Assembly (NCBI GenBank): GCA_002811645.1
Contig: PDIP01000012.1
Location: 116,452-180,451, forward strand
Direction: 5' to 3'
Source of the DNA: Corallochytrium limacisporum Hawaii
Lineage: Eukaryota > Protista > Pluriformea
DNA length: 64,000 bases
Part shown: piece after piece, positions 30,891 to 42,089 of the stretch
Position numbering within the stretch: position 1 is the first letter of the stretch
How the letters are laid out: every line of letters starts with the position of its first letter
The notes under the pieces: model-generated
Told to the model about the DNA's origin: nothing
Database searches by the model: none
The model's input: only the letters and a program-made list of their open reading frames with translations
Translations under genes and position numbers: made by a program

Positions 30891-33030
30891 GATTGTCTAG
30901 TTCTTATGTCGCGGCTATATAATTAGTTCTGGATCAGTTTATTTAGCAAATTTCCTGCCAGTTGTGATGCTTACTTTTCAAATACCAATAAACTTAGGAA
31001 AGACAATATGAACCCTTAAAAGAAGAAACTCTACACAAAGACGCATACAAGAGCTAACTGCATTATCAGGCGACGGTGGACAGTTTTGTGTTCCGAACCA
31101 ACTCATTTGCAAACTCGTTCATTTGCGTCTTGGCTCATTGGAAACAATTCAATAGCGGACACCTCTGAGTTCCTGTTCGCCCGAAAGTCCGTTTTGGAGT
31201 GGGCGAGGCCTAGCCTGACCAACCAACCGCCCAATCGTACAAATTGCCCATATACATAATGTATGAACATCGAGTCTGATGGAGATTGGAAAGAAGAGAA
31301 AAACCACTTCGTCAGGCGAATGGACCCATCCTTGCTGCGTCTCAGAGACAGGCAGGCCGAAAGACCAAAAAAGAAAAAGAAAAGGGGAAACGGAACGGCA
31401 AGTCGAACAACGAGGAAATTTACCGACCACAGCAAGACAAGCAACGGAACGTGAGTGATCTCAATATAAGGAAGGAGTGGAAGAGGCAGAAGTGAAAAAA
31501 TATTTCCTTCCGTTTCTCGGCAGCATGTGCGGCACGGGGAATGGCCCAAAGCATCACCCGTCCGCTCCGCTCTGGGAATAGTGATGATGGTCATCACGCC
31601 ACCAGACCATATGTTCACTATGGAATTTACCAAGAGGTTCTCTCCCTCCTGGATTCTCTCGTTCTCTTTGCTCCAGTGCTCGCGGTGACGGGTGGCACCC
31701 ACAGAAGCGCATGTCCCCTACCTTCCGGTGGGCTAGCGGGCACCTCGGATGTCAAAAACTATTACAAATGTACGGAGGTAAAGAAGCATAATAATGCGGA
31801 AAAAGAGATTGCCCGTGGAAAAGGAATGAGTTGTCGCCTCCTGCAAACCGTGTTTGTCCAAAAGATAAAGATTGTCGTCATTAAATCCTTCGGGAAGGTT
31901 AGCGGTCTCCAGAAATAGTAAATGTACGGGGGTATGGGAGCTTCCATGCCCGGGAAAGGAGGGGGAATGGGAAGGAGATAAAATGGGGTGGGATGAAATT
32001 TGTTGGGGGCGGCGACCACAGGCTCGCCGCGAACAACCAAGATAGCAGACCAGCCACCTCATATCAACACAATGGATGCGAGAGAACAATTAGTCACGAA
32101 ATGACCTCAACAAAAAAATGGGGAGCGGCCCCCCCCCCGCGGGGGGGGGGAGAGAGAGAGAGTGACAAAGAGAAACACAACGGGAACGAATCAAGGCACG
32201 CTGCAACCGCGGCTGGGAGCTCGGGCCGGTCCTTCGAAGCCGAGATGACCAGCGGAAGGGAGTGGGGGGGGGAATACTCGATTTGGTGGAGGTAACGTCT
32301 TCGAGAGGATCCTACCACGGGCCACCACCAACACACTTTGGGCGAAAAAAAAATGGCAATCAACTTCGGAAGCCAAAAGAAAAGTAAAAGGAAAAAAAAA
32401 GACAAGACGGGAGAGGAAGATAGGGATTTTGGTGCGTCGGTATGCCAGCAAATGAGCGATACTATATCCCTGATTTAATCACACGGACAAAGGGGGAGTC
32501 TACTTCCAGGCGCTGACAGGGCTTTTGATTGGGGATCCCCCCCCAGAAGAACGGTCCCCACCACCTGCCGATAAGAACCGCACTCGCATTTTGACTGACT
32601 AGCCATATATTTAATACCCTCCGTGGGAAGGGGTGGGAGTCGAATGGGATCTTTCTGATCGAGACGTGGCAGTGGTATTATTGCAGTTAATTGCACCACC
32701 ATATTAAGGCAGACACTGCTATGATAGAAGAAAACGAAAAGTTACTATCACTATCACCAATGTTTGACAATTTTTGTTTTCTTTTTGTCCCAGGACAAAA
32801 CCTATCCGGTAAGGATCCGACACCGCAGGACCGAAGGAGTGCAGGGCTCGGGAGTCTCCTTTTTCCACGCCAAGAACAATAGCGATTCCCACTGTTGGTA
32901 CCAGCGTGTTTCAACCGCCTAAACCCAACCCGACCCAACCCCTCTCTTCTTTTCCCGGGGGCCCTTGCTGCTGGGTTTCTTGTTGTCCTTTTTTTATTCC
33001 TCCACGCAGTTTCCAGAAAAATAGCTGCAT

Positions 33031-33130
33031 GCATCCTAGCGGTGAAGATCTTCAGTGAATCTCCTGTTCAACGACGGGTTTGACTCCTGGAAGCGGACCT
33101 TTTGTGGTTCGACTCCAACCTTTGTGATGC
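33031..33130 (+). other. Pol III-like element with a perfect B box (possible small RNA or TFIIIC site)
   Basis: GGTTCGACTCC at 33106-33116, a second near-B box GGTTTGACTCC at 33077-33087, and terminal complementarity GCATC/GATGC. No clean cloverleaf. Confidence 0.3.
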
Positions 33131-33671
33131 TTTGAGAAAGTGCTTGGTCCGGCTGCAAAAAAAAAAGGAAAGAAAAGGAAACGCATGAAAACCAAAGGCC
33201 TAAAATACCCTGCGACGGCAATTGATTGACATAAACAAATTGTTTAAACGGCACGGGCACCCGTGTCGAGGAGCGAAACCGCGTTCTTGGTGGAGTCTAT
33301 TTGATCGCGGCTGTGTTTAGCAAGGGACAATCCTCTTGTACCGAACATCTCCCCCTTTCTGGGGGGGAGGGGAGAGAGACTCAAACGGTCGCTTTTTCAC
33401 CACCCTGCCTTTTGTTCAAACCGTTCCGGCGATTTCCCGTTTTGGCTGCAGAAGGGCGTGCGCCTTGGGGCAGAACAGGAGGCGGGCCAACAAAAGGAAG
33501 TGACAATTTAAGAGTACGCCGCCGGCCAAACGTGTTTCCTCGGTACATTTTGTACTGGGCACGGCGTGACCGGGCCAAGCTCCGGGGTCAGGTTATACTC
33601 TAATATATAGACTCCCGTCCCTCAATCATGGGAGAGTGTACTCTGGCGAGGCAGTGGCCCCCAGATAGGTG

Positions 33672-33683
33672 TATTATATATAT
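33672..33683 (+). promoter_or_regulatory. TATA-like element upstream of the 5S rRNA gene
   Basis: TATTATATATAT located at about -33 to -22 relative to the 5S start. Confidence 0.6.
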
Positions 33684-33704
33684 GACTTTTTCAGGTCTAC
33701 TTCC

Positions 33705-33823
33705 ATCACCGATCAAACCACGTTGAACGCTCCAGGTCCCGTCCGATCCCTGAAGATAAGCAACGTCGGGTCAGGTTAGTACCATCGTGGGAGACCAGAT
33801 GGGAATTCCTGATGTTGGTGGTC
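33705..33823 (+). rRNA. 5S ribosomal RNA gene (single dispersed copy)
   Basis: 119 nt with eukaryotic 5S landmarks: AAACCACGTTGAA, CCCGTCCGATC, GAAGATAAGC, GGTTAGTAC, TGGGAGACC and TGGGAAT. The terminal helix is ATCACCGAT/GTTGGTGGT and a T9 run follows. Confidence 0.93.
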
Positions 33824-33832
33824 TTTTTTTTT
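33824..33832 (+). terminator. RNA polymerase III poly-T terminator of the 5S gene
   Basis: T9 run immediately after the 5S 3' end. Confidence 0.85.
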
Positions 33833-34700
33833 GTTTCAAGTTTCTATACCCAATCTACTGTGTCGTCCCCTCTTTTTTTTTTTGCGTCCACCAGTGAAGT
33901 GTCGAGAACTGCTCAACTCATTGCGGCTGGTTAGGGGAAATATGTAATCAATATAATATTCATGGCACAGTATGTGTGGATGTTGGTCTGTGAATCAATA
34001 GCGTCCAAACGATCAATATCCCTGGTTACCCCTTTGCGCTGCGCTTTCCTGGTGAAGCCATATAGTACTTTGCATTGGTGTGTGGCTAAGGTTGCTTTTC
34101 CGGGCCCCGCTGGTTCCGAAGTTCGCCCCTGCCCAATTCCTTCTCAACCTATAGAAATTCAATGGCTCTATGGCCCGAGCAATGGAGTCTCATGTCATTC
34201 GAAGCGAGAAAATTTTTCTTTTTCATTCGGGCATTGTCCATGATTTCACGTTGCCGCCATCATTTGTCGGTCCGTTATCATGGTGCAGAGTGATGAAGAA
34301 TCTCTTAGGCACTGCAGTATGATTCATGTTGTTGTACCCAAGTAGAATGCTGCGTGTGCCCGACGTGTCTGAGTACTCTTGCTTCGCATGTCCCACATGC
34401 CAATGCTCCCACATAGGCCAAATTGACAACACACCGTCGGCAACCCCCCCCCTCCCCTCCCCTTCTCTCTCCTTTACCGAGTCCTCTACAACGTCTACAG
34501 CTGTTTCTTTTTTTTTTTTGGACTGAGCACTCCTTATATTGCGGGTATGTGCACAGTTCCATACTGATGAGAGATGGCCCTTGTTGCGTGACGAGTCCTC
34601 CGGTTTTTTGCCCTCCCGTGACATTGTGGGTCTGACCATGCATACCTCCTCGCACACAAGGAGGTTTCACCCCAAAGATGGCAGGTTTTTGGACGCCGGC

Positions 34701-34772
34701 CGGGACTGATGAGTACAGGGTTCGTGGAGACCAAAAGACTGGGATATGAATGCCTTCAGGAACTGAGTCCCG
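34701..34772 (+). ncRNA. Candidate box C/D snoRNA
   Basis: CGGGAC-TGATGA ... CTGA-GTCCCG: C and D boxes directly closed by a 6-bp terminal stem, 72 nt in total. No guide target identified. Confidence 0.35.
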
Positions 34773-34892
34773 AAGCCGAAATTTTCAGACTCTCTGGTTT
34801 GCGGATGTGATGTGGCCGGTGACAAGAAATGAAATTGTTAGAGTGTGTGGTGATGGTGATTCACGGGTGTAGGAAATGAAGGACAGCATTGA

Positions 34893-34965
34893 TGTGTTGG
34901 CAGCGCAATGCGATAACAGTCCGTCTGTGTTGGCAGCGCAATGCGATAACAGTCCGTCTGTGTTG
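34893..34965. repeat. 33-bp tandem duplication (2.2 copies)
   Basis: TGTGTTGGCAGCGCAATGCGATAACAGTCCGTC twice, exact, followed by TGTGTTG. Confidence 0.95.
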
Positions 34966-36190
34966 CTCGCACTTTCGTTCTTGGACAGGGATTGTGTCAG
35001 GCTGCTGTGGTTGATTATTATTCATACGCCTCGTTCCTCACAGCAGCAACCGAATCTCCGGTCCTGCCTACGGGCGGCGGCAGCTTCCGACGAGGTTTGG
35101 GCCAATCCCATACTGACTTGCCTTTCCGTTTTTTCGCGGATCGGCAGGGGCCAATGGCCAACATTACTATCGACTGTCTTGTTTAGTCGTTGTCTTGCTG
35201 TAGATTCAATACCGAGTCCCTGCTGTCTTACAGTTTCCTCGGCCGGGAGTGCCTGTCACGCAGTGCAATTCCCGCCGCCTCCGCACACACCCGAGCACGC
35301 TCAGTAGTGTCAAAGGGCTAGGCTGAGAAGACGGGGAAGGGAGGGGGAGAGGTGGGCAAAAAAAAAATATTCTCGCCTCTGTGTGTGTCGCTTGTCCCGT
35401 CTCTCCTCTCTCCCCCCCCCCTTCTTTCCTCCTCCACACAACCCCCCTTCCCTCCCTTCTCCCCACAAATGGCAGTGTCATTTGCTATGTTGCCGCCCGG
35501 CTAGGCGGAGACGGTTCATGTATTCAATATACAAGTGGACCCGCAGAGGAACTGGCGGCAGGGCAGTGAACCCATGAAGACTTCCCGGCGTGTCTGCATG
35601 CCCAAATTGTTTGAGCCGTTCCGCAAAGAAGAATAAAATTTTCTTCTTCATTTCACATTTCAGGAGTACCCCTCCTTTACGTTGGTGCTTGGGGTTGGCA
35701 CCGTCCCCCGTTTATCATTTGAACGTGACGGTTCTGTTTTTACGACCTTCCCAAATGGGATTTTCATAGATGGTGGCATGGGGAGGAGGAGGGTGGATAG
35801 GTGTTAGTTGTTAACCTCTCCGTCGCCCGTCCTTTGCTTTGGGGGTGGGAGGGGGTCTCGACTGTATTGGAGCAAGGGCTACTGGCAAGGGAGCCGGGGA
35901 GGGGCGTTGGGGAAGGTGTTGCGGGCCTGGACGAATTGGAATGCCTTGCTGGTTCCTCGGTGTTCAAAAGCGCGAGCACAAGATTTTGGCGATAGTCCAC
36001 CTATTTGAGACGTCCTATGGTATCAAGTACATTAATCTTGCTGAACATGACTCGGAAAATCCTAACGACATGAGAGAACGGGAATAGTGAACGGTATTTA
36101 GAAACCATGAGTAATTTATAAAGAAATCAATATAAGTACGAAGAAAGTTTCCTTATAAAAGTAAACTAACTGAACACGCACAACACAACC

Positions 36191-39100
36191 ATGTCTATGA
36201 ACGGCACTGGTATGAACGGCATCCACATGGTCGACAACCCTGCCGACCAGCGGTATGCCATTGATGACGTTCCTGACGATGAGTTCCTCATGCAGGAGTC
36301 ATTCTCGGACCGCTTTGTCGTCGGCGTCAAGCGGATGTTCGGTGTGCATGAGCTCGCAAACCAGCATAGGGAGAGCGGACCTCGCGTGGTGAGAATCAAT
36401 GATCCTGTGTTTAACCACGAACAGAAGCACGTGTCCAACTTTGTGAGCACTGGCAAGTACACTTTCGTTACGTTTTTGCCAAAGTTCTTGTATGAGCAGT
36501 TTTCGCGATATGCGAACTTGTTCTTCTTGTTTGTATCCTGCCTGCAACAGATTCCGGGTATTTCTCCGACAGGTCGGTTCACTACCATCATTCCTTTGTG
36601 CATTGTGCTATTAATCACTGCGGTGAAAGAGATTGCTGAGGATCGCCGTCGTCATCGGGCTGACAAGGCTGTGAACCAGGAGTCTGTGAAAGTCATGCGC
36701 GAGGGAACCTTCCAGACGCTGTCGTGGGAGAAGGTCGTAGTTGGAGATATTGTGAAGGTGACCAACCTGCGTAATTTCCCTGCGGACTTGGTTCTACTCG
36801 GAACATCGGAGAAAAGCGGTGAATGCTATGTTGAGACGTCGAATTTGGATGGCGAGACCAACTTGAAGTCAAAACAGAGTCTTACGGAAACCCATGGTAT
36901 TCAATCAACATCGGAGTTGCGTTATTTGCGCGGCCAGGTTCGCAGCGAGCACCCCAATAATCGCCTGTATCAGTACGAAGGCGTCTACGAGAACACCCAA
37001 GGCAAGACGTGTCCGATCGGTCCGGAGAATCTCGTGCTGAGAGGGTCTCAGCTGCGCAACACTGCATGGATTTATGGCCTTGTTGTCTTCACTGGTCATG
37101 AGACTAAGCTGTTGATGAATTCGTCAAGGACCCCGATCAAGCGGTCCAACCTGGATCACATCACGAACAAGCAAATTGTGTACATGTTCTTCACTCTGAT
37201 TGCGATGTCACTGTTTGCTGCCATTGGCTCTGCCATTTGGGCCAGCACCACTGGAGATGACGCTTTCTATCTGCAACTGGATACAGGTGTGGGTGAGTTC
37301 TTCCTCCGGTTCTTGACGTTCTTGATTCTTTTCAACAACCTGGTTCCGATTTCACTTATCGTGACCTTGGAAATGATTAAGTACGTGCAGGCTGTATTCA
37401 TTGAGTTGGATATGGAGATTTTTGACTACAAAACCATGACTAAAGCAGAAGCACGCACTTCCAACTTGAATGAAGAGCTGGGACAGGTGCAGTACGTGCT
37501 CTCTGACAAGACGGGCACTCTGACGCGAAACATCATGAAGTTCAAGCGTTGTTCTATTGCGGGTATTATATACGGAGAGCCCATTGGAAATGGGTACGCT
37601 GCCCCGGTGGAGTCCATGGATCCTGATGAAATGGATTCTTCTTCGGTGGTGCCTCATGCTCTTGGTGACGTTTCCGATGAGGATTTAGCATTCGACGACC
37701 ACCACTTGCTGGACAACCTCACCAGAGGACACCCCACTGCCGGTATCATTCGTGAATTTCTGACACACATGGCGGTGTGCCACACCGTCATTCCAGAGGT
37801 GGATCCTCACGATGAGACCCGTATTGCCTACCAGGCTGCGTCTCCCGATGAAGGTGCTCTTGTGGAAGGTGCAAAGCACCTTGGTTTCTCCTTCAACACC
37901 CGCCTGCCCGACCGTGTTCGTATCAATGCCCTCGGCCGTGACGAGGAATACCACGTTCTGGACATCATCGAGTTCAATTCTACCCGAAAGAGGATGTCTG
38001 TCATTGTACGTGATCCTAACGGCCGTATTCGTCTCTACTGCAAGGGCGCAGACAATGTTATTCTTGAGCGCCTCGCACCCAAACAGCGCTATGTTGACCA
38101 GACCGTGAAACATCTCGATGAGTTTGCCCGTGATGGTTTGCGCACACTTTGTCTGGCAGTCGCGCAACTCAGCGAAGAGCAGTACAAGACCTGGGCTGCC
38201 AAGTACCATGAAGCTAAGGGTGCTCTCGAAGGTCGTGAACGAAAGGTCACTGAGGTTGCGGAGCTAATCGAGCGGGATTTGTACCTCTTAGGTGCCACTG
38301 CCATTGAAGACAAGCTTCAGGAAGGAGTTCCCGAGACTATTGCTCAGCTGCTCGAGGCCAACATGAAAGTATGGATGCTCACCGGGGACAAGCAGGAAAC
38401 CGCCATTAATATCGGCTTTAGTTGTCGTCTCCTCAATTCTGATATGACCATCATGATTATGGAGGGTGACGATGCCATGGCTGTAAATCATTGGCTGCAG
38501 GAAAAGCTGGAGAAGCTGGCGGAGTTCCGGGGCAAGGAAAACGATGGTCTGGCTCTTGTCGTCCCGGGCGGTGTTCTTCATCATGCCCTTCGAGACGATA
38601 TTGCTGAGAGCTTCCTCGCATTGTCTCGCATGTGTAAGGCCGTCATTGCCTGCCGTGTAAGCCCATTGCAAAAGGCCCAGATCGTCAAGCTGCTGAGGGA
38701 CAGTGCCAAGGCAATCACCTTGGCTATCGGTGACGGTGCAAACGATGTTTCTATGATTCAGGCTGCCCACGTGGGTGTCGGTCTGTCCGGTAAGGAAGGT
38801 CTTCAGGCTGCTCGTTCCGCCGACTATTCCATCGCTCAGTTCCGCTTCTTGAAGAAGCTGCTATTGGTTCACGGTGCTTGGAGCTACCATCGTCTGTCCA
38901 AAGTTATTCTGTACGCCTTCTACAAGAACATTGCTTTGTACTTCATCCCGTTGTACTTTAGCTTCCTCAACGGTTTCTCGGGGCAGCCTTTGTTCGAAAA
39001 ATGGCTTCAGAGTATCTACAACGTGACATTCACTTTCTTGCCTCCGTTGGCAATGGGTATCTTTGATAAATTCCTCGGTGAGGATGTTCTTATGCGGGTT

Positions 39101-39781
39101 CCCCAACTGTACTGGGAAGGCCAGCGCAACAGTCAGTTCAACTCTCGTCTGTTCTGGAGCTGGGTTATCACTGCCATGGCCCATGGTCTGGTGATCTTCT
39201 TCTTTGCTGGCATCTTCACTCTGACAGACGTGGTAAACTCTGACGGTAAGACCATGGACCTGTGGTGGTTTGGTCTGTTTGTTTACACTTGCGTCCTCTG
39301 GACCGTTCTCCTTGTGGCCTGTCAACTGATTGACACTTGGGTCGTCTACACATGGGTCGCCATGATCACATCCATTGTGCTTTGGTACATCGCTGTGCCC
39401 ATCTACGCCCAATTCTATCCCACTCTGCCGCTCGGTGAAGAGGTGGTTGGTCTGCCGTCACGTCTTTACAGCTCCGGTGTTTTCTGGTTCGGAACCTTCT
39501 TGATCCCTGTAATGACTTTGGGTCCAGGAGCCTTCATTCGCGTTTACAACATTCTGTTCAACCCATCTCCTCGCCAGATTATTCTGGAGATGGAAACTCT
39601 GAAGCGGGACCCGTTGCTGGTCCAGGGATCCATGGCCCGTGGCTTTTCTGCCATCATTCAGCAGCTACCTATCGTTAGTGATCTGGTTAGCCGTGGCTTT
39701 GCCTTCAGTGCTGGTGAAGCCGGTGAAGGTGACCGTGCTCAAAACTACGACTCCACTAAGGAGAAGCCTTCCGGAGAATAA
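36191..39781 (+). CDS. ATP8A1: P4-type ATPase phospholipid flippase (ATP8A/DRS2 clade)
   Basis: LQQIP in TM1-2, LDGETNLK, PISL, DKTGTLT, SPDEGAL, LTGDK, GDGANDV and the C-terminal autoinhibitory GFAFS motif. Confidence 0.95.
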   Translation: MSMNGTGMNGIHMVDNPADQRYAIDDVPDDEFLMQESFSDRFVVGVKRMFGVHELANQHRESGPRVVRINDPVFNHEQKHVSNFVSTGKYTFVTFLPKFLYEQFSRYANLFFLFVSCLQQIPGISPTGRFTTIIPLCIVLLITAVKEIAEDRRRHRADKAVNQESVKVMREGTFQTLSWEKVVVGDIVKVTNLRNFPADLVLLGTSEKSGECYVETSNLDGETNLKSKQSLTETHGIQSTSELRYLRGQVRSEHPNNRLYQYEGVYENTQGKTCPIGPENLVLRGSQLRNTAWIYGLVVFTGHETKLLMNSSRTPIKRSNLDHITNKQIVYMFFTLIAMSLFAAIGSAIWASTTGDDAFYLQLDTGVGEFFLRFLTFLILFNNLVPISLIVTLEMIKYVQAVFIELDMEIFDYKTMTKAEARTSNLNEELGQVQYVLSDKTGTLTRNIMKFKRCSIAGIIYGEPIGNGYAAPVESMDPDEMDSSSVVPHALGDVSDEDLAFDDHHLLDNLTRGHPTAGIIREFLTHMAVCHTVIPEVDPHDETRIAYQAASPDEGALVEGAKHLGFSFNTRLPDRVRINALGRDEEYHVLDIIEFNSTRKRMSVIVRDPNGRIRLYCKGADNVILERLAPKQRYVDQTVKHLDEFARDGLRTLCLAVAQLSEEQYKTWAAKYHEAKGALEGRERKVTEVAELIERDLYLLGATAIEDKLQEGVPETIAQLLEANMKVWMLTGDKQETAINIGFSCRLLNSDMTIMIMEGDDAMAVNHWLQEKLEKLAEFRGKENDGLALVVPGGVLHHALRDDIAESFLALSRMCKAVIACRVSPLQKAQIVKLLRDSAKAITLAIGDGANDVSMIQAAHVGVGLSGKEGLQAARSADYSIAQFRFLKKLLLVHGAWSYHRLSKVILYAFYKNIALYFIPLYFSFLNGFSGQPLFEKWLQSIYNVTFTFLPPLAMGIFDKFLGEDVLMRVPQLYWEGQRNSQFNSRLFWSWVITAMAHGLVIFFFAGIFTLTDVVNSDGKTMDLWWFGLFVYTCVLWTVLLVACQLIDTWVVYTWVAMITSIVLWYIAVPIYAQFYPTLPLGEEVVGLPSRLYSSGVFWFGTFLIPVMTLGPGAFIRVYNILFNPSPRQIILEMETLKRDPLLVQGSMARGFSAIIQQLPIVSDLVSRGFAFSAGEAGEGDRAQNYDSTKEKPSGE

Positions 39782-40055
39782 GAGCGACACCATCCGCCGT
39801 ACATGTTTCGTTCATTTGCATAACATTTCTACTATTAGTTTCAATTAAAGACATCACATGTTTCACATCATTTGTCCTGCCGTTGCAACCGTCCAGACGT
39901 CCCCGGTGGCGCCTATCATCCTCACGCACCTGAATCATTATTAGCTCACCACCATCACACCGCTGACTCCCTTCCCCACTAAGTACCTCTCCTCGTTCCC
40001 CCCCTGCGCAGTTTGCAACAGAAAAGGAAGACGGGGGGGGGGGCCGGCTATTTCT

Positions 40056-40063
40056 TTTCGCGC
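40056..40063 (+). promoter_or_regulatory. E2F-type site upstream of centrin
   Basis: TTTCGCGC about 365 bp upstream of ATG 40425. Confidence 0.4.
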
Positions 40064-40424
40064 ACTTTCTCCTATTCCCGTCCGAACCACAAAAATGCCA
40101 TCAGTCACCCCTCTCCCAATGCTCTCTCTGCGCTACTACTACCGCAGTGGCCGACGACTGCCGGGTCCGTGTTCGGATTCCGCGAGGGGGAAGACGGGGA
40201 AAGGAGGAGGAGCCAAACGGGGGAGCCCGGCCGGGGGGCATCCTGTTGGAAAGTGAAAGGTTGGAAGTGCGTCAACAACTATGGCAGATGCAAACATTGC
40301 AGCACATATAGTACCTCCGTGTGAAATGGTATAAGTGAATTTTGAAAACCCTACCACTAAACTGCGATCGCAGATATGTGTAGAATTGGAAGAGAGCTAC
40401 CAGGTTTGTACTTCATTCGGCACA

Positions 40425-40937
40425 ATGGCAACCGCAGCTCGCCGCTCCGGATCAGCGGGCAAAAAGGGCAAAGCAGCCATTCCAACCTTAACCCAGGAGC
40501 AAAAGGAGGAGATCCGCGAGGCATTCGATCTTTTTGATACAGATGGTTCTGGAAAGATTGACGCAAAGGAACTCAAGGTTGCTATGCGGGCTCTTGGTTT
40601 TGAACCCCGGAAGGAAGAAATTCGGCGGCTTCTCAGTCAAGTTGATAAAGATGGCACTGGAGAGCTCGACTTCAATGACTTCCAGCAGATTTTAACCAAA
40701 AAGATGAGCGAGCGGGACTCGGGTGAAGAAATGCTGAAGGCATTCAAGCTCTTCGACGAGGAAGGAACCGGTAAGATTAGCTTTAAGAATCTCAAGAAGG
40801 TCAGCCGTGAGCTCGGCGAACAGCTGACGGACGAGGAACTGCAGGAAATGATTGACGAGGCAGATCGCGATGGTGATGGTGAAGTCAGCCAAGAGGACTT
40901 TCTGCGTATAATGAAGAAGTCTGGACTTTTCGGGTAA
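40425..40937 (+). CDS. CETN2: Centrin (CETN1/2-type, four EF hands)
   Basis: From ATG 40425: [46 protein letters not shown] and [13 protein letters not shown]...FLRIMKK. Confidence 0.93.
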   Translation: MATAARRSGSAGKKGKAAIPTLTQEQKEEIREAFDLFDTDGSGKIDAKELKVAMRALGFEPRKEEIRRLLSQVDKDGTGELDFNDFQQILTKKMSERDSGEEMLKAFKLFDEEGTGKISFKNLKKVSRELGEQLTDEELQEMIDEADRDGDGEVSQEDFLRIMKKSGLFG

Positions 40938-41033
40938 GCTTCGTCCATGCGTTGTGTTCCCTGAGATCCCTATCGAAAACATAATAAATGCAAACTTCAG
41001 CAACTCTATTAGGCACTTTACGCCGATGGTATT

Positions 41034-42089
41034 CTAATTACCGTTAGGTCCGCGAAAGGCATCCCGCAGTTTGGTGAAGTATTCCTGGCTCTTTACACTT
41101 GACCGACGTCGGTCGACAACCTCGCCATAATGGCCCAGATGATGCTCCTCAATGACCGCGTCAATGTTCTTGTGGTCACCGCTCAACATCGCAGAGAGGG
41201 CATCTCGGAGAATCAGCATTTGACTCCTGAGCACTGCTTCTCGATTTACCTGGAACATATCCATCTTGACAGTTAGATCATCCTTTACTCTTCGGACCTT
41301 CGTCGTCACGTCTTTAAGCTTCTCCTCGGTCACAGCTATGTCTTGCTTGTTAGCAGAACGGCGTTGAATCTCCTGCTCCACGGCCTTCTGTTCCCGACTG
41401 ATCTGATTTAAAGACTTCACAGAAGCCATAACGTCCTCCATGGTCCGTGTCAGCATTGTTTCAGTACGATCAAGAAAAGACACGATGCAAATGGCAAGAG
41501 ACCGATCCATGTAGCCCAGGGAGTCCAGTAGTGTGGCACTTTCAGAGCCCAAAGTATGTCCGTCACCCTCTTCCTTCTGACTCATCTCGTCAATGGTGAC
41601 GCCCAGGGCAGACGCGGCATGGATCGTGGCCAGCAGGGCAGTGACCATGTTTTCCAGTTGAAGGGCTAGTTTGGCATAGCCCTTACGAGAATCCTGAATT
41701 TCTTGCACTCGTTCGTCAATCTCAGAATCTCCCGACTTGTCCAGCTTTCCCATGTATTCAAAGAAAGCCTTGCTGCTCAGCTTGAGGCGCTCAAAGGCGA
41801 ATTTGAAAGTGGCTTCGGGGTCGATGCGTACTTGGCTGTCCCTTCGAGGTGGTTGTCCGTCTTCGGAGTAACCGTACGCAGTGGGTCCAGTCGCGCTGGT
41901 AGCAGCATTTGGAAGGGGAAGCTCTTCCTCTTCATCGCCCTTAAGGCTGTCACTCTTCTGCTCTGCAGGAGCTCCTTGGTCCTGGGCAATATCGACGAAT
42001 TCTTCTGCGTTAGGGTCCATTTTCTTTACTTTCGGGCCCGTGGGCTTGATGGCGTTTCCGGCTGTAACTTGATATACCGCATTCGTCAT
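41034..42089 (-). CDS. Arfaptin-like AH/BAR domain protein
   Basis: Helical domain resembling arfaptin (EYMGK...D.EIDERVQEIQD.RKGY; VKDDLTVKMDMFQVNREAVLRSQMLILRDALSAMLSG). The start is uncertain: ATG 42089, or upstream 42242. Confidence 0.75.
   Translation of the reverse strand: MTNAVYQVTAGNAIKPTGPKVKKMDPNAEEFVDIAQDQGAPAEQKSDSLKGDEEEELPLPNAATSATGPTAYGYSEDGQPPRRDSQVRIDPEATFKFAFERLKLSSKAFFEYMGKLDKSGDSEIDERVQEIQDSRKGYAKLALQLENMVTALLATIHAASALGVTIDEMSQKEEGDGHTLGSESATLLDSLGYMDRSLAICIVSFLDRTETMLTRTMEDVMASVKSLNQISREQKAVEQEIQRRSANKQDIAVTEEKLKDVTTKVRRVKDDLTVKMDMFQVNREAVLRSQMLILRDALSAMLSGDHKNIDAVIEEHHLGHYGEVVDRRRSSVKSQEYFTKLRDAFRGPNGN

Noticed and set aside
34563-34790. Hammerhead ribozyme suggested by CTGATGAG
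   Set aside because: No stem II followed by GAAA, and no stem I/III pairing in the required geometry.
34893-34965. 33-bp repeat as a CRISPR array
   Set aside because: Only two adjacent copies, no spacers, no cas genes, and a eukaryotic context.
40934-41047. GTAAGC donor at the centrin stop codon
   Set aside because: The only acceptor candidate lies inside the antisense arfaptin CDS, and the unspliced centrin C-terminus is already canonical.
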